A stretch of 64,000 nt of DNA, taken from assembly GCA_951406725.2 (NCBI GenBank), contig OX597827.1, positions 77,252,001-77,316,000 on the forward strand. Reading direction: 5' to 3'. This DNA is from Octopus vulgaris (taxonomy: Eukaryota). Position 1 is the stretch's first letter, and each line of letters opens with the position of its first letter. Below, piece after piece: positions 17,718-31,640 of this stretch. A program made the position numbers and the translations under genes. The notes beneath the pieces were generated by a model. The model was not told the origin of the DNA. It ran no database searches and saw only the letters and a program-made list of their open reading frames with translations.

Positions 17718-19132
17718 TAATTAATAATATCAGGGTAAAGAAAAATTTTAGAAATTTTTTACTACCTGTGGCCTAGCGTGTAGAAAAATTAGTCAATAGA
17801 CAATATATTATTCATATAAATATAGTGTACATTTAAACACATAAGAGGTAACCATTTTAAGATACCTGGCACGCTAGAAGGAGTAGCCAAAATCCAAATC
17901 ACTATTAGGGATAAATTTCGAAAGAAATGAAAAATAAAAACATTTCCCATCTATCTCCTGGACCATGGTTTCTGACTCTTTATTAGCAAATTATTTTATT
18001 TGCTAATATAAAGTCAGAAACCATGGTCCAGGAGATAGATGGGAAACGTTTTTATTTTATTTCATGTTTAATGTCTATACGGTGAAATTTTAAACGTTTG
18101 TAAATAGACATTGTTATTCTTTTCACACAAAGAAAAAAGGAAGATTACCCTGACATGTTTCACAGTTCATAGACCCTTCATCAGGTGACAACCTATCATT
18201 TTTCAGTCTACGAAGAAAACTTACATTAAATCACTATTTAAATCAAATACAAACCAGAACTTGGCTGTAACAAAATTACATACTTTGCATTCATCAGTTA
18301 TGTGTTTAAATAATTAATAAACATTCATACATAACTCATTCCCTTTTGTTTTTCAGCTGGAGTATCCCTGTATCTACTCTACACCAAGACAACTATACCT
18401 GTCCTCTCTTTACCTTAACCCTTTAGCATTCAAACCGGCCATATCCGGCCCAAATATTCTACTTGTTTTATGCCCAAATTGGCCAGATCCAACCTTTCAT
18501 ACCTATCCCACAATGTGATTCTGAAAAATAAGCAATCACATTATTGAAATCTTGAAGCTATGAGATAATGCATGGTCGATTCAAAACAATATGAAGAAAT
18601 AAGCATTAGATTTGACAAAATAATCTGAATGCTAAAGTGGTACAAAGCCACAACCACTCAATAAAATTGCTCACCTCCCATTTGAAAGGTTTGGGTCTTG
18701 CAAGGGACTTGGTGACCCTGCTGGAGCTGGTGCCCCATAATAAGTACTGGAGCTGGTGTCACGTGTGTGTGTGTGTGTGAGTGTGTATGTGTTGAGTGTA
18801 TGTTTGCGTGTGTATTCTTGCTTTTACATCATGTGATGGTTGTAAACAGACGTCACCATCCTACATACTAGCAATGGTTGGACAGAATTTATTGAGCCAA
18901 ATTTTCTATGGCCTGTTGCCCTTCCGGTCACCAACCTTCACCTGTTTCCAAACAAGGTGATACTTCCCCCATGGCTAGACATGTTTCTCATAGAGGACTG
19001 GAAATGAAAGATTGGGTTCCATCCCACTGCGTGGTACCTTGGGCAAGTTTCTTCTACTATAGCCACAGGCCAACCAAAGTCTTGTGAGTGGATTTGGTAG
19101 AAGGAAACTGAAAGAAGCCCATCGTATGTATA

Positions 19133-19577
19133 TCAAATCAAACCAAATCAAAATAGATGAACATCAATGGAATTTGTATCCTTGTGGTACCAGTGCCGGT
19201 AGCACATAAGAAAACCATCCGAACGTGACCATAGCCAGTACCGCATCGACTGGCCTCCGTGCTGAGGGCACGTAACAAACACCATCCAAGCGTGGCCGTT
19301 CGCCAGCCTCATCTGGCACCTGTGTCGGTGGCACATAAAAACACCATCCGAGCGTGGCCATCTGCCAGCCTCGTCTGGCACCTGTGTCGGTGGCACATAA
19401 AATCACCCACTACACTCTCGGAGTGGTTGGCGTTAGGAAGGGCATCCAGCTGTAGAAACACTGCCAGATCTGACTGGCCTGGTGCAGCCCTCGAGCTTAC
19501 CAGACCCCAGTTGAACCGTCCAACCCATGCTAGCATGGAAAGCGGACGTTAAACGATGATGATGATGATGATGATGA
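19133..19577 (+). mobile_element. RTE-type 3' UTR/tail; minus-strand copies at ~16147-16620, ~45220-45540 and ~53670-54030, plus copy ~36805-36957
   Basis: Shared ggagtggttggcgttaggaagggcatccagctgtagaaac...gtccaacccatgctagcatggaaagcggacgttaaacgatgatgat. Confidence 0.8.
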
Positions 19578-20256
19578 AAAATGTGTTTGTGTATGTGTGT
19601 CTGTGTTTGTCCCCACAACATTGTTTGATAACCGATGCCGGCATGTTTACATCCCCGTACCATAGCAATTCGGCAAAACAGACCGATAGAATAAGTACTA
19701 GGCTTACAAAGAATAAGTCCTGGGGTCGATTTGCTCAACTAAAGGCGGTGCTCCAGCATGGCCACAGTCAAATGACTGAAACAAGAAAAAGAATATATAG
19801 GTATGTGCATATACTCTAATTCCTTGACTATCATGGGTGTTACGTTCCAAAACCTTCCACAGAAATAATTAGAATCTAAAAAGGTATAAATACCTGTCGG
19901 TCACATAAACCCCGTGATATACGGAGGAGTCTGTGTTAGAAATTTATCTGTATTAACCAGAAAGATCCACGATGTACTGAGTGCGCGACAGGAGAACCAC
20001 CATATGGCAAGGGTTTGCTCTATGTGTGTATATATATATACAACATGTGACCTCGTGAGCACCTCCAGCAATTTTTTTCCTCTGTCTTCCCTTCTCGGGA
20101 TCTTTCCTTCTCCTTTGTTTCCGACGAAGAATTCCGCTCGAAATGTTAAACCCTCCTTCTTCCCTTCTTTCCTGAGCGTCCAATAATACTTTATATGTTC
20201 CACGTCCTCGCGTTGTTGTGTTTTCTTTGTGTTTTCTTGTTTGGATTAACTTTATA

Positions 20257-20389
<133 letters not shown>

Positions 20390-20505
20390 TATGTGTATAT
20401 GCATATATTTATATATATATATATACATATATCTACATATGTATATGTGTGTGTATATATATATATATATATGTATATAGCTATATAGATATATGTGTGT
20501 GTATT

Positions 20506-20665
<160 letters not shown>

Positions 20666-20745
20666 TGTATGTATATTTATTTATGTATATATATATATGA
20701 ATACATATATGTGTATATATACATATGTATATATATATATATGTT

Positions 20746-20776
<31 letters not shown>

Positions 20777-20930
20777 CGTGATCTAGTAATCTCAAGATTA
20801 ATCAGCCGAAATTACTACGATGATCCGGTTCTTGACTGAAGACTGAGGGTTTCGAATGTCCTGTCCGTGTTTATTGTGTCGTCTTCTAAGAGTTATACGT
20901 TCTTGTCCATGTTGTATTTTTCTACATACC

Positions 20931-20970
<40 letters not shown>

Positions 20971-22494
20971 TATATACACACACACATATACATACATACA
21001 TACATGTACACTAGAGACACACACACACATATTCCTCTTACATATATCCATATCCTTTCTTTGTCATCTTCCCTTGGTGGTTGTCATTCTCTCTCTCTCT
21101 CCCTCCCTCTCTCTCTCTCTCTCTCTCTAAAACCAGACTAGCGACTGAATAAACCTGTCTGTGCATCTGTGTCTTCCTATGTGGGCTGTGTGTGTGTGTG
21201 GAGGGAGATGTGTGTGTGTGTGTGTGTGTTCATGGGTTGGGTCATGAATGTGTGTGCGTGTGTGGTGGGGAGAAGGTGTTGTATATGCACATAAGTGTGT
21301 GTATGTATGTAAGAGTGTGTGTGTGTTTGAAGGTGTTGTGTGTATGTAAGAGGATGTGTGCGTGTCTCTGTCATTACATGTGTGTATGTCAGTCTCTGTG
21401 TGTGTGTGTGCCGGTGGGTGGGGGAGTGGAGGGGGAGTAGGGGTTGGTGTGTGGGTGTGGGTACCACAATATCTTTCTGTCTCTGCAGACACACAGACAG
21501 ACATGAAGGTTGAACTAACAACATTGTCTCTTTGTCTCCATGTCAGTCTGTCCGGCTGCCTGCCTTTCTGTCTGTTCGTCTGGTTGGCTGGCTGGCTGGC
21601 TGGCTTGCCGGCTGGTTGGCTGACTGACTCTCTGTCACTATCTACTCATCTATCTATCTATCTATCTATCTTTCTATCTCGCTATCTATCTATCTATCAT
21701 ATGTGTGCAGGTATGGATGTGTGTGCGTATGTCGGTGTATGTGAGTATATATATATATATATATGCATATATGGGTACAGGACGTCACCAACAGTAAACA
21801 ACATGAAGTACAAAAACAAATGAGTTCAATACGCAAACAATGAGAGAAAAAATGGAAAACAGGGCAAGTAACATAAAGAATGACCCTTCATCAGTTGTCG
21901 GCCATCTATCTACTCCTCATTTCGAGCATTCAATGATAATATGAATCTTCAAAGACAGTTGCTCCAATACATACCAAAATAAGATTTTGGAATTATGAAG
22001 GGAACAGAAACAGGACAGTGGAGACATACAAGGAAACCAAAGGAAAACAAACATGGGGGGTCGTTAGACCAGAACAAGAGGAAAATAGTGAATGCTGGGA
22101 GAAATATTTTCTTTGCAAAGAGAAAAGATCGAAGAGAGAGACAGAAGATGTTTAGTCCTTAGAACGTTGTGCAGGAAAAGAAAGATGGTCACGTGAGGAA
22201 AAGAAAGATGGACGATGGTCCCTGGCAGTTGATGGGGTCTATTTTCTGCACATTTTCAGCATTTATTGTACCTGTGCATCTTCCACACACAAAAGTTATT
22301 TTCCCTGTTTACCTTCCTCTGATATTCCTACACCTCTTATGTGTCCATACCTTACACCAGGTACATCTTACAGAGTTTTTACCTACACTTTTTCTACAGA
22401 TCAAGCAGGGTCATCTACCTGGTGGGATTTGCATTTTGTCTGCCCTCCTATTTACTAAGGCTTTGGTTTTTGCCCGGTTAAATTGAAGGCTCTT

Positions 22495-22625
22495 CAATTC
22501 TAGACCTTGCTTCTACACCTGGACCCTTTGATTCTAGACCTTGTTTCCACTCCTGGGTCTTTTGAGCCTAGACTTTGCTTCCACACCTGGGCCCTTCAAT
22601 TATAGACCTGGCTTCCACACCTGCA
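22495..22625 (+). repeat. Minisatellite, ~4 x 33 bp
   Basis: ctagaccttgcttc-acacctgg-ccctt repeated. Confidence 0.8.
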
Positions 22626-22822
22626 ACTTCTTTTCTAGTTCTGGTATCTTTTATCTTTTACTTGTTTCAGTTATTAGAGTGCAGCCATGCTGGAGCGATG
22701 CCTCGAAGAATTTTTAGTCTAATGTATTGACCCCAGTGCTTTTTTAAGGCCTGGTATTTATTCTATCGATCTTTTGCCAAACTGCTAAGTTATACACACA
22801 CATTTGTGTGTCTGTGTATATA

Positions 22823-22857
<35 letters not shown>

Positions 22858-23149
22858 GTATGTATATTATGTGCAACAAAAGCAGTATTCATTTAAAATA
22901 GCACTCTGTGTATCTGCCAATGGCTTGAAGTTCATAAATAGGGAATATCTCATGTGGTAATGAGATAGTTCATTCTTCCTCTTGATAGATACTACAGGCT
23001 GGTGAAGTATGCATGATTTCTCATAGAGAGAGTTAGTAACTGTAAGTTCAAGATGAGTAAGGGGAGGGGGCCCTGTTAAAGATACTCCATTCAATGGTGA
23101 GGAAGTTTCTCTGATGGTCATAGAATCTCCAGATGAAACAGGACAGGAC

Positions 23150-23345
23150 AGGCAGAATTTTCGCTATCCCTGCAGCTGAAGGAGTGCTTATGTTATGTAT
23201 AACTTGTCTTGAAGTTATTGATCATCATTCTCATGTAGTGTCTTGTAATGCTATCAGATTGTGCGAGGTTGACTATAAATCACAGCCCCTGAGAGACAGG
23301 ATCGTCCCAGTGGACAATTGGTGGGGTTCAACAGTTCCATGTTGG
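23150..23345 (-). mobile_element. Penelope-like GIY-YIG endonuclease remnant
   Basis: Frameshifted translation NCPLGRSCLSGAVIY...HYMRMMINNFKTSYT*HKHSF resembles the Neptune pattern CPLxGxCLxxxVIY...YIGxTxxxFKxRYxxHKxSF. Confidence 0.65.
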
Positions 23346-23775
23346 GGTATGGGTTGAAGGTTGTGTAGGTGTGTGCTTGGATCTATTTTAACATGTGATG
23401 TTAGAAGTGATGACATCTAAGCAGGAGTAATTGCTGCTGCTTTGACATGAAAAGCTAAAATAACTAGGGTATTTGTCGAGAGATAATATCTCTTGTTAAC
23501 ATATGTGTTTAATAGCACAAATATATCAGTAGCAGATGGAAATTGTCCAACAGCATTGGTGGCATTGCTAAGAACATATTTCTGCTTTTGCTCTTTTGGG
23601 TTTGTCAGTAGCAAGTTTCCATTGGAAACTGCATTCTAAGGCAAAATCCAACTTCAATGATAAAGAAAAACAGTAAACAAATTATGGGTGTTGCAGTTAG
23701 CTGGCCAATTGACAGTATATGCAAGAGAAACAGTATTAGATTAAAATTGTCATCTATGTATCATACTTAATGTAT

Positions 23776-24848
23776 GCCTGGGCAAAGTTCAGAGAGCTCC
23801 TACCTCTGCTGGTGACAAAGGGCCTCTCGCTCAGGGTAAAAGGTTGACTGTATGACGAATGTGTACGAACAGCTATGTTACATTGCAGTGAAACATGGGC
23901 CATGACTGCTGAGGACATGTGTAAGCTTGCAGGGAATGAAGCCAGTATGCTCCACTGGATGTGTAATGTCAGTGTTCATACTCAACAGAGTGTAAGTGCC
24001 TTGAGAGAAAAGTTGGACCTAAGAAGCATCAGCTGTGGTGTGGAAGAAAATACTGCGCTGGTATAGTCATGTGGTGAGAATGGATGAGGATAGCTGTGTG
24101 AAAAAGTGTCACACCCTAGAGGTTGAGGGAGTCTGATGAAGAGGTCGACCCAGGAAGACCTGGGATGAGGTGATAAAGCACAACCTTCGAACATTAGGCC
24201 TCACCAAGGCAATGACTAGAGACCGAAACCTTTGGAAATATGCTGTGCATGAGAAGACCCAGCAAACCAAATGGGACCATAGTCTGTGGCTTATGCCAGG
24301 GGCGTAACCAGCCCACTTATGCGTACCTTTCCTTCATTGGACACTAAACTCTGCTTGCAAAGACTTGTTGAGGCAAGTGAAATTGAAATCAAATTCGATG
24401 GCAGTTGCATGACTGGCATTTGTGCTAGTGGAGCGCTAAGAGCACAGTCCGAGTGTGATTGTTGCCAGGGTCACTGACTGGCTCCTGTGCCAGTGGCATG
24501 GAAAAAGCACCATTCAAGCGTGATCATTACCAGCGTCGCCTTACTGGCACATGAAAAACAACATTTGAGAGAGGTCGTTGCCAGTGTCGCTGGACTGGCT
24601 CCTGTGCAGGTGGCACATAAAAAGCACAATTTGAGTATGGCCGTTGCCAGTACCGCCAGACTTGCCCTCATGCCGGTGGCATGTAAAAGCATCCACTACA
24701 CTCTCGGAGTGTTTGGCGTTAGAAAGGGCATCCAGCAGTAGAAACTCTGCCAGATCAAGATTGGAGCCTGGTGCAGCCATCTGGTTCTCCAGTCTTCAGT
24801 CAAACCGTCCAACTCATGCCAGCATGGAATAATGATGATGGTGATGGT
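23776..24848 (+). mobile_element. RTE-clade LINE 3' fragment with repeat-rich 3' UTR and (GAT)n tail
   Basis: AWAKFRELLPLLVTKGLSLRVKG*LYDECVRTAMLHCSETW, then WYSHVVR- and GRPRKTW-like motifs with stops and frameshifts; the UTR ends ...ggaagggcatccag...agcatggaa(tga)n. Confidence 0.88.
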
Positions 24849-25389
24849 TATATATATATATATATATATATGTACATATATATGGGGTGCAGAAAAATGT
24901 ATGTTTAATAAAATTGAAATAAATTAAAGACCGAAAAATGTGTTTTTATTTACAAAATGAACACGTAATGCCATTTTGTTTCAATTCGTTTTCAGTTGCC
25001 AACAGGAATTGGTTGGGTGAGCATTGCACTTTCATTGTGGAAACGTTTATCAGGACGGAAACTAAAAGAAGCCCGTCTTTTATATGTGTGCGTGCATGCA
25101 TGCTTGTGTTTGTTCTCCACTACCGCTTAACAACGGGTGATGGTGTGTTTACGTCCCCGTAACCTAGCAGTTCGGCAAAAAATATCCGAGAAAATGATTT
25201 CTAGGTTTTAAAACAATAACGAAAAAAAAGTACTGGGCGTCGATTCCTTCGACCAAATTTATTGAAAGGTGTGCCCCAGCATGGCCGCAGTTAAATTACT
25301 GAAACAAGTAAAAGAGTAAAAGAATGAAAGACTATATATAAAGAGAAAGAGAAGGAAAAAGGGCGAGAGAGAGAGATAGAAACAGAGGA

Positions 25390-26152
25390 AGTGTGCGTAT
25401 GTGCGCGCGCGCGTATGCTTCCCGTCGTCTCTCATTTCCGACGTTGTGCCTTTACGTGACATTTAAGGAAGCAGGTGATTACCTCCCTTTACAGATTTCT
25501 TCCATAAACCTTTTGTCTGTATTTTGTGTCCATTCCATGTTTAGTTCAATGCTCTATATTGACATGAATACGGGTAGGGATTCGTCTGGGGTACAGACAT
25601 TCTTTTGGGAGAATACTTTTTAGTTTTCTCCTATAATTTTAAAACAATCGCTCCATGATCCCCCCAAAAAACTGCGATAAATTAACGAGTATCGGTTTTC
25701 AAGGGAGGTTAACCAAGAATCTTCCGCGGTTCGGTATAACGAGTTACTTCCTTTAGATCTGAGCCGTGGACACACAGCAGTAGCCTTTATGTGGTCGTTA
25801 GAGATGCTAGAACTAGCAGCAAGTGTCCACAAAAATGCCAATCACCCAAGAGGAAGGACACATTACATTATATATTTATAGACCACTCTAAAAGGAGGGA
25901 GTTTTCATGGCTGGAATTAATTTTCCTCAGCTATATCGCATCTTATGGAGCAAACGAGTGATCAAATATGTTACTACTATGTTCATTCCGTCGCTTTGAC
26001 CGCTATCTAATACGGTACATTGGAATGCGTCTTGCCAATTTTGAGAGGACTGTAGTGAGTCATTCGAGGGATATTTTACTGTTGTTTCTAGCCTGTCATT
26101 TGACGCCGAGAAACAATCAGCTTCAAGAATTGTTCGATTTACTCCCTATCAC

Positions 26153-26192
<40 letters not shown>

Positions 26193-26450
26193 ATCCGTGG
26201 GACACTCTCCTTCAATTATGTTCACGTCACAGAATTTTTGCTGTTTTCGTTCAGCTCTGGTGCATCGCTCCTCTTTCATTTCAGCGGTCACCATTCTACT
26301 CTTTTCACTTCGTCGAGAATTGCTCTCTTTAATGCTTCTCTTTATTCTAAGCGGCACTTGGGCCTTCCTCCGACGACTCAAGCGATCGCTTTGAAGATGA
26401 AGCGGCACAAATTCCATGGGAGGTAACTCTTCGTATATAAGCCGTAAGTT
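25390..26450 (+). promoter_or_regulatory. CpG-enriched promoter-like island with a candidate non-coding first exon
   Basis: CpG enrichment over the flanks; tcacgtcac/ttacgtgac sites; several AGGGARRTAACT motifs; donor-like gcc|GTAAGT at 26444. Confidence 0.45.
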
Positions 26451-27635
26451 TTTGGTTATTTCCCTTTACCTTACAATCTCTAAACCGTATTTAATCGCAA
26501 ATTTTATCTGATATAACTCTTAATGTAATGTTATGAAGAGATCCAGGGACGTTTATGAATGAAGAATGTCTTCTCTGCAATTTATTCTTTTGTGTTTGTT
26601 GTACATTTAACAGAATTAAATCTAGAATTCTATATTATAGTTATGAACACGGACAATAAACACGAGACGGTGATAAAAGGTTAAAGGGAGATAACTATTC
26701 CTTAGCTTCAAACCGTTAGAACACAATTTGGTTTTGGGTTCAATTTCTGTACGAGGCAGCTTGGGCAAGTTTCTTTTATTATTGCCCTGGGCCTACCAAA
26801 GCCTTGTGAATGGAGTTGGTAGACATGAATTATGTGTCAGCTCATACATATATATATCTGTGTGTGTTTCCGAGAGCAGAAATCCGCAACCGGTATGCCT
26901 CGTGGAATTGGTGTGATACGATGCGATGCTAGGTGTGCCGCAGTCTAGCCTGAATATAATTTCCTCCCCTATACTTTTAGTTATATTTTTAGTTCAAGTG
27001 TGTCGCCGAAATTCGAAAAAATATAAGTGTGCCGCAAGTGAAAAATGAAAATGATTGTGACGCACTGTCCAAGAGTTTGTGTTTGTCCTGTACCACCGCT
27101 TGACCGGCGGTCTTGTGTTTACGGTCACTGCAACCAAGCGGTTCGGTAATATATTAAGATAGAATAAGTAACAGGATTAAAATTAAATTTGGGGGTGGAT
27201 TTGTTGGACGGAACCCTTGAAAGCGGTGCCCCAGCATGGCCGTAGTGCAACGACTGAAATATGTAAAAGGTAAGTGATCGAGAGAGAGGGAGGGTGGGAG
27301 CGATAGAGAGAGAGAGAGGAGGAGGAGGAGAATGAGAGGGATGGAGAGACTGAAGAAGAGAGAGGGCAGGAGAGAGAGAGAGAGATGCGTGTCCGAAATG
27401 CGTCCAGCTGGTTTTCGCGGTGAAGATACCCTGTATGAAATCCTCTGAGAAGTCTTCAAAGCTTCAGTCCTGTTAAAAGAAGAAACTTGTCCAAAGCGTC
27501 GATCTCTCACTTCCATCGGGCTCCGCCGTGTCACGTTTCACGAAGCGAACTGCTTAAAAGCACAATTCTTGCTGGATTCTTGTTTTTAATGAATTACAAA
27601 GCCTGCCTGAATTACCTCCCTTAGACTGCTTTGTT

Positions 27636-27998
27636 TCGGGGTCTGAAATAATATTCGAAGAAATTAATTTCTACACATATAGGTCTTTGATCAAATGTGT
27701 TCCAGCCATGCCACTCCATCTTATTGCCAAACATTAGAATATCTACGACTACATTATCTCCCATGTATCTATAGTAGAGTGGAATTTGTTGGAGATTTGG
27801 CAGCTAATTCTAGCTTCGGAGTCTGAAACAACATTCGAAAGTCTCAATTCATTTCTAGACAAATAGATCTATGATCAAATGTGCTCCAGCCATGCCACTC
27901 CAACTTATTGCCAAACATTGGTATATCTACGACTAAATTATATACCATGTATTTCTAGCAGAGTGTAATTTATTGTAGATTTGGCTGCTATTTCTAGC
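27636..27998 (+). repeat. Tandem duplication, 2 x ~180 bp
   Basis: tcgg-gtctgaaa...gatcaaatgtg-tccagccatgccactcca-cttattgccaaacatt...gatttggc-gcta-ttctagc occurs twice; related short repeats at 5420-5890. Confidence 0.85.
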
Positions 27999-28955
27999 AG
28001 ACAAAACGATCTCCTTGTTGGTTCCTCTTAATTTCCTTAACTTTTATTATTTTCTCTGCGACGGTGGCAGCAGAATCGTTCCGGAGTCGGAAGAAATAAT
28101 TAAATGGCATTTCGTCGGTTTTCCCATTCCGAGTAATTAAATGCTGCCGGGACTGACTTCGCCTTTTGTCCTGAAGAAGATCGGTAAAGTAAATACCAGC
28201 TGAATCCTGGGGGTCAATGTTAAAATCGACTTAATCCGCTCCACCGAACTCTTGGCCTTGGGCCAAACTTTAAAACCATCACTGCTACTACTACCAATGC
28301 TGCTGCTACTACTACTACTACTACTACTACTGCCACTACAACGCCTGCTGCTGCTGCTACTACTATTACGACTACTGATATAATTACTACTGCCTCTGTC
28401 ACTACTACTACTGCTATGACTACTACTACTGCTTCTACTTCAACTACTACTTCTACCACTACTACTGCTACTACTACTTCAACTACTACAACTATTACTT
28501 CTACTACTACTACTGCTACAATTACTACTGCTGCTGCCACTATTGCTACTACTATTACTACTACTACTACTACTATTTCTACTGCTACTACTACTACGAC
28601 TGCTACTACTTCTACTTCTACTACTACTGCTACTACCACTACTACGACTACTACTACTGCAACTACTACTACTATTTCTACTGCTACTATGACTACTACT
28701 GCTACTACTACTACTACTGCTGCTGCTACTACTAAGCCAGTGAGCTGGTAGAATTGTTAGCCCGTCTGGCAAAACACTGCCAAGTCTTTTATATGTCTTT
28801 ACGTTCTGAGTTCAAATCCCATCGCGGTTGACCGTGTCTGCCATCATTTCAGTGTTGATGAAGTAAGGACCAGTTGAGTACCAGGGATAATGTAATCAAG
28901 ATGTCCCCTTCCCCAAACTTTCAGGCCCCTTGTGCCTACAGTAGAAAGAATTAAA

Positions 28956-29171
28956 GAGTGGCTGTGGGGTAAGTAGCTTGTTTACCAACCACACAGTTCT
29001 GGGTTCAATCCCACTGCATGGCACCTTGGGCAAGTGTCTTCTGCTATAGTCTCAGACCAACCAAAGCCTTGTGAGGGGATTTGGTAGACAGAAACTGAAA
29101 GAAGCCCGTCGTATATATGTGTATATACATATATAGATATATATACATGTATATATATATACATACATGTG

Positions 29172-29206
<35 letters not shown>

Positions 29207-29397
29207 TTGTGTTTGTTCCCCACCATCACTTGACAACTGATGCTGATGTGTTTACGTCCTCGTAAAATAGCAGTTCGGCAAAAGAGACCAATAGAATAAG
29301 TTCTAGGCTTACGAAGAATAAGTCCTGGGGTCGATTTGCTCAACTAAAGGCGGTGCTCCAGCATGGCCGCAGTCAAATGACTGAAACAAGTAAAAGA
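28956..29397 (+). mobile_element. SINE family A copy (other plus copies ~40877-41205, 54857-55247, 63276-63685)
   Basis: Collinear identity with 32710-33146. Confidence 0.85.
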
Positions 29398-30549
29398 CCA
29401 AGATGGTGAGATGGCAGAGTCATTCGAGCATCGGCCAAAAATGCTGAGCAGCCTTTTATTCCGGATCTTTACACTCTGAGTTCAAATCTGAAAAGTGTCA
29501 ACTTTGAGCCTGCACCCTTTGGGGCCAATAAAACAACAATTATATTTCAAGTATCAGGGTTGATGAAAGCAAATAAACTTCTTCCCCAAAATTGCTGGCA
29601 TTGTGCCAAAATTTGAAACAATTCTTATCAAGAAGAACATTTTTTTGTTTCTGTATTGCCAAGACACCAAATCCCTTGTAAGTTTTAACTGTTTCTTAAA
29701 AAGTCTCCTGTGAACTTTATTTTTGTTTTGTTGCTAAAGTGACCAGGATCTGAAGGAACTGGTCAACCCTGCTTCTGTTTTAGTCTCTCAGGACAGAATT
29801 TGTTCATCTTCTTTCTTCAATTTGCACAAAGTAGATGTAGGGGTTTTTTAATCAAAGCTGGACCTCTTCCTGTCGAGAGTCCCAGATGAACCTACCTCAC
29901 GGCAAGAGGTGCAAATGAGGGTAGCTATATCAAACTCCATGCTTCACCAAGTGCCACATATTAGAGGAGGCTCTTAGTAATAACAGTGTAGCACAAAACG
30001 GTGGTGCATCAGCATGGCCACAGCTCTGAGCTGAAACTAGAGAAAAAAATAAAATAAAATTTCACTATTTTTTAAAGACAAAATAAAACATAGCCTTGCA
30101 AAAACTGGCTAAAGACCCCATAGATGTCAATCAAAGCAATGGCTACAACAACAACAAAAATAAAAAGGGGAGGGTCCTGCAGTTGTCTCTTATTACTCCC
30201 ATTGTGAACACAACATGTTGCTGCACGGTACCTTGTGGTATTTGTTCCAAATCTTTACATTTCCCAATTGAAATCCCACCAAACTCTCCTTTGTCTTTCA
30301 TCTTTTCAGTGATGGAAAAATAAAGTACCAGTTATGAACTGGGGGTCAATGTAATTCACCGAAACTTTTACTAAAATTTAAGGTGTTGTGCTTAATTTAG
30401 GACTGATTAGAAACAATCATTAAAGATGGGTCACATAATCGGTAGAGCATCAGACAAAATGGTTTGTGGTTACAGTTTTCCTTTTTATATTATGAGTTCA
30501 AATCTTGATAAAGTCAACTCCCAACCTTCTTTAGACATGGTATACCTCT

Positions 30550-30778
30550 GCGAGCAGGCAGAAATGTTAGCACACCGGGCGAAATGCTTAGTGGTATTTC
30601 GCCTGCTGCTACGTTCTGAGTTGAAATTCCGCCGAGGTCAACTCTGCCTTTCATCCTTTTGGGATTGATTAAATAAGTACCAGTTATGCACAGGGGTCGA
30701 TATAATTGACTTAATCCATTTCTGTCCTTGTTTGTCCCCTGTGTGTTTAGCCCCTTGTGTGTAGTAAAGAAATAGGTG
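30550..30778 (+). mobile_element. SINE family B (copies ~4440-4620, 28060-28275, 28738-28950, 29403-29620, 36549-36765)
   Basis: Shared gagctggcagaatcgttagca...ttctgagttcaaat-ccgccgaggtc-actttgcctttcatcc...aagtaccagtt...ggggtcgat. Confidence 0.78.
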
Positions 30779-31236
30779 TACCTCGGAAAACACTATTTAG
30801 TATGTTCATTTTTTTGACACAGCACTATATAGCTGGAAGGAGATTTGACTGCTGATTCTCTGTTTATCTTCTCTGTTTTGGCTTCAGTGGGAACCAGTCA
30901 TGTATTAATGGTCAGTCTGTAACTGTTATATCTATGTTCTAGTGGTCCCTGTGTCCCCCAGCCAGGCCTGTCCAATATTCACAAAGGAGCAAACCCATTT
31001 TATTCTGTCCTCATCCAGTCCCCGTGCATTGGTCATGCATGGAGTCAGGTCAAACAGCCATTGCTGCAACTGAGCCCATCAGGACAATTGTCCTGCTGAC
31101 TTCCTTTGGCCAAGAGGGAAAGGACAAAAACAAAATTATACAATGGAGATGTCTGGAAAGACTTCAGAATAAAACTTGCCTCACCAGAGGATTTTTCAAG
31201 TTCTGTTTCGTAAGGAAGGTGATGGAGATAGGGTGA

Positions 31237-31640
31237 GGATAAGGAGAGGCTGATTTATGTTGTCCTTGTTTGTCCCCTCTATGTTTAGCCCCTTGTGGGT
31301 AATAAAGAAATAGGATAAGGAGAAGCCGATTTATGTTGTCCTTGTTTGTCCCCTCTATGTTTAGCCCCTTGTGGGTAATAAAGAAAGAAATAGGATAAGG
31401 AGAAGCCGATTTATGTTGTCCTTGTTTGTCCCCTCTGTTTAGCCCCTTGTGGGTAATAAAGAAATAGGATAAGAAGCCGATTTATGTTGTCCTTGTTTGT
31501 CCCCTCTATGTTTAGCCCCTTGTGGGTAATAAAGAAATAGGATAAGGAGAAGCCGATTTATGTTGTCCTTGTTTGTCCCCTCTATGTTTAGCCCCTTGTG
31601 GGTAATAAAGAAATAGGATAAGGAGAAGCCACTTTATGTT
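31237..31640 (+). repeat. Tandem array, 5 units of ~76 bp plus a partial unit
   Basis: Unit ggataaggagaagccgatttatgttgtccttgtttgtcccctctatgtttagccccttgtgggtaataaagaaata. Confidence 0.95.

Noticed and set aside
31237-31640. CRISPR-like repeat array
   Set aside because: The would-be spacers are identical and SINE-derived, there are no cas genes, and the context is eukaryotic.
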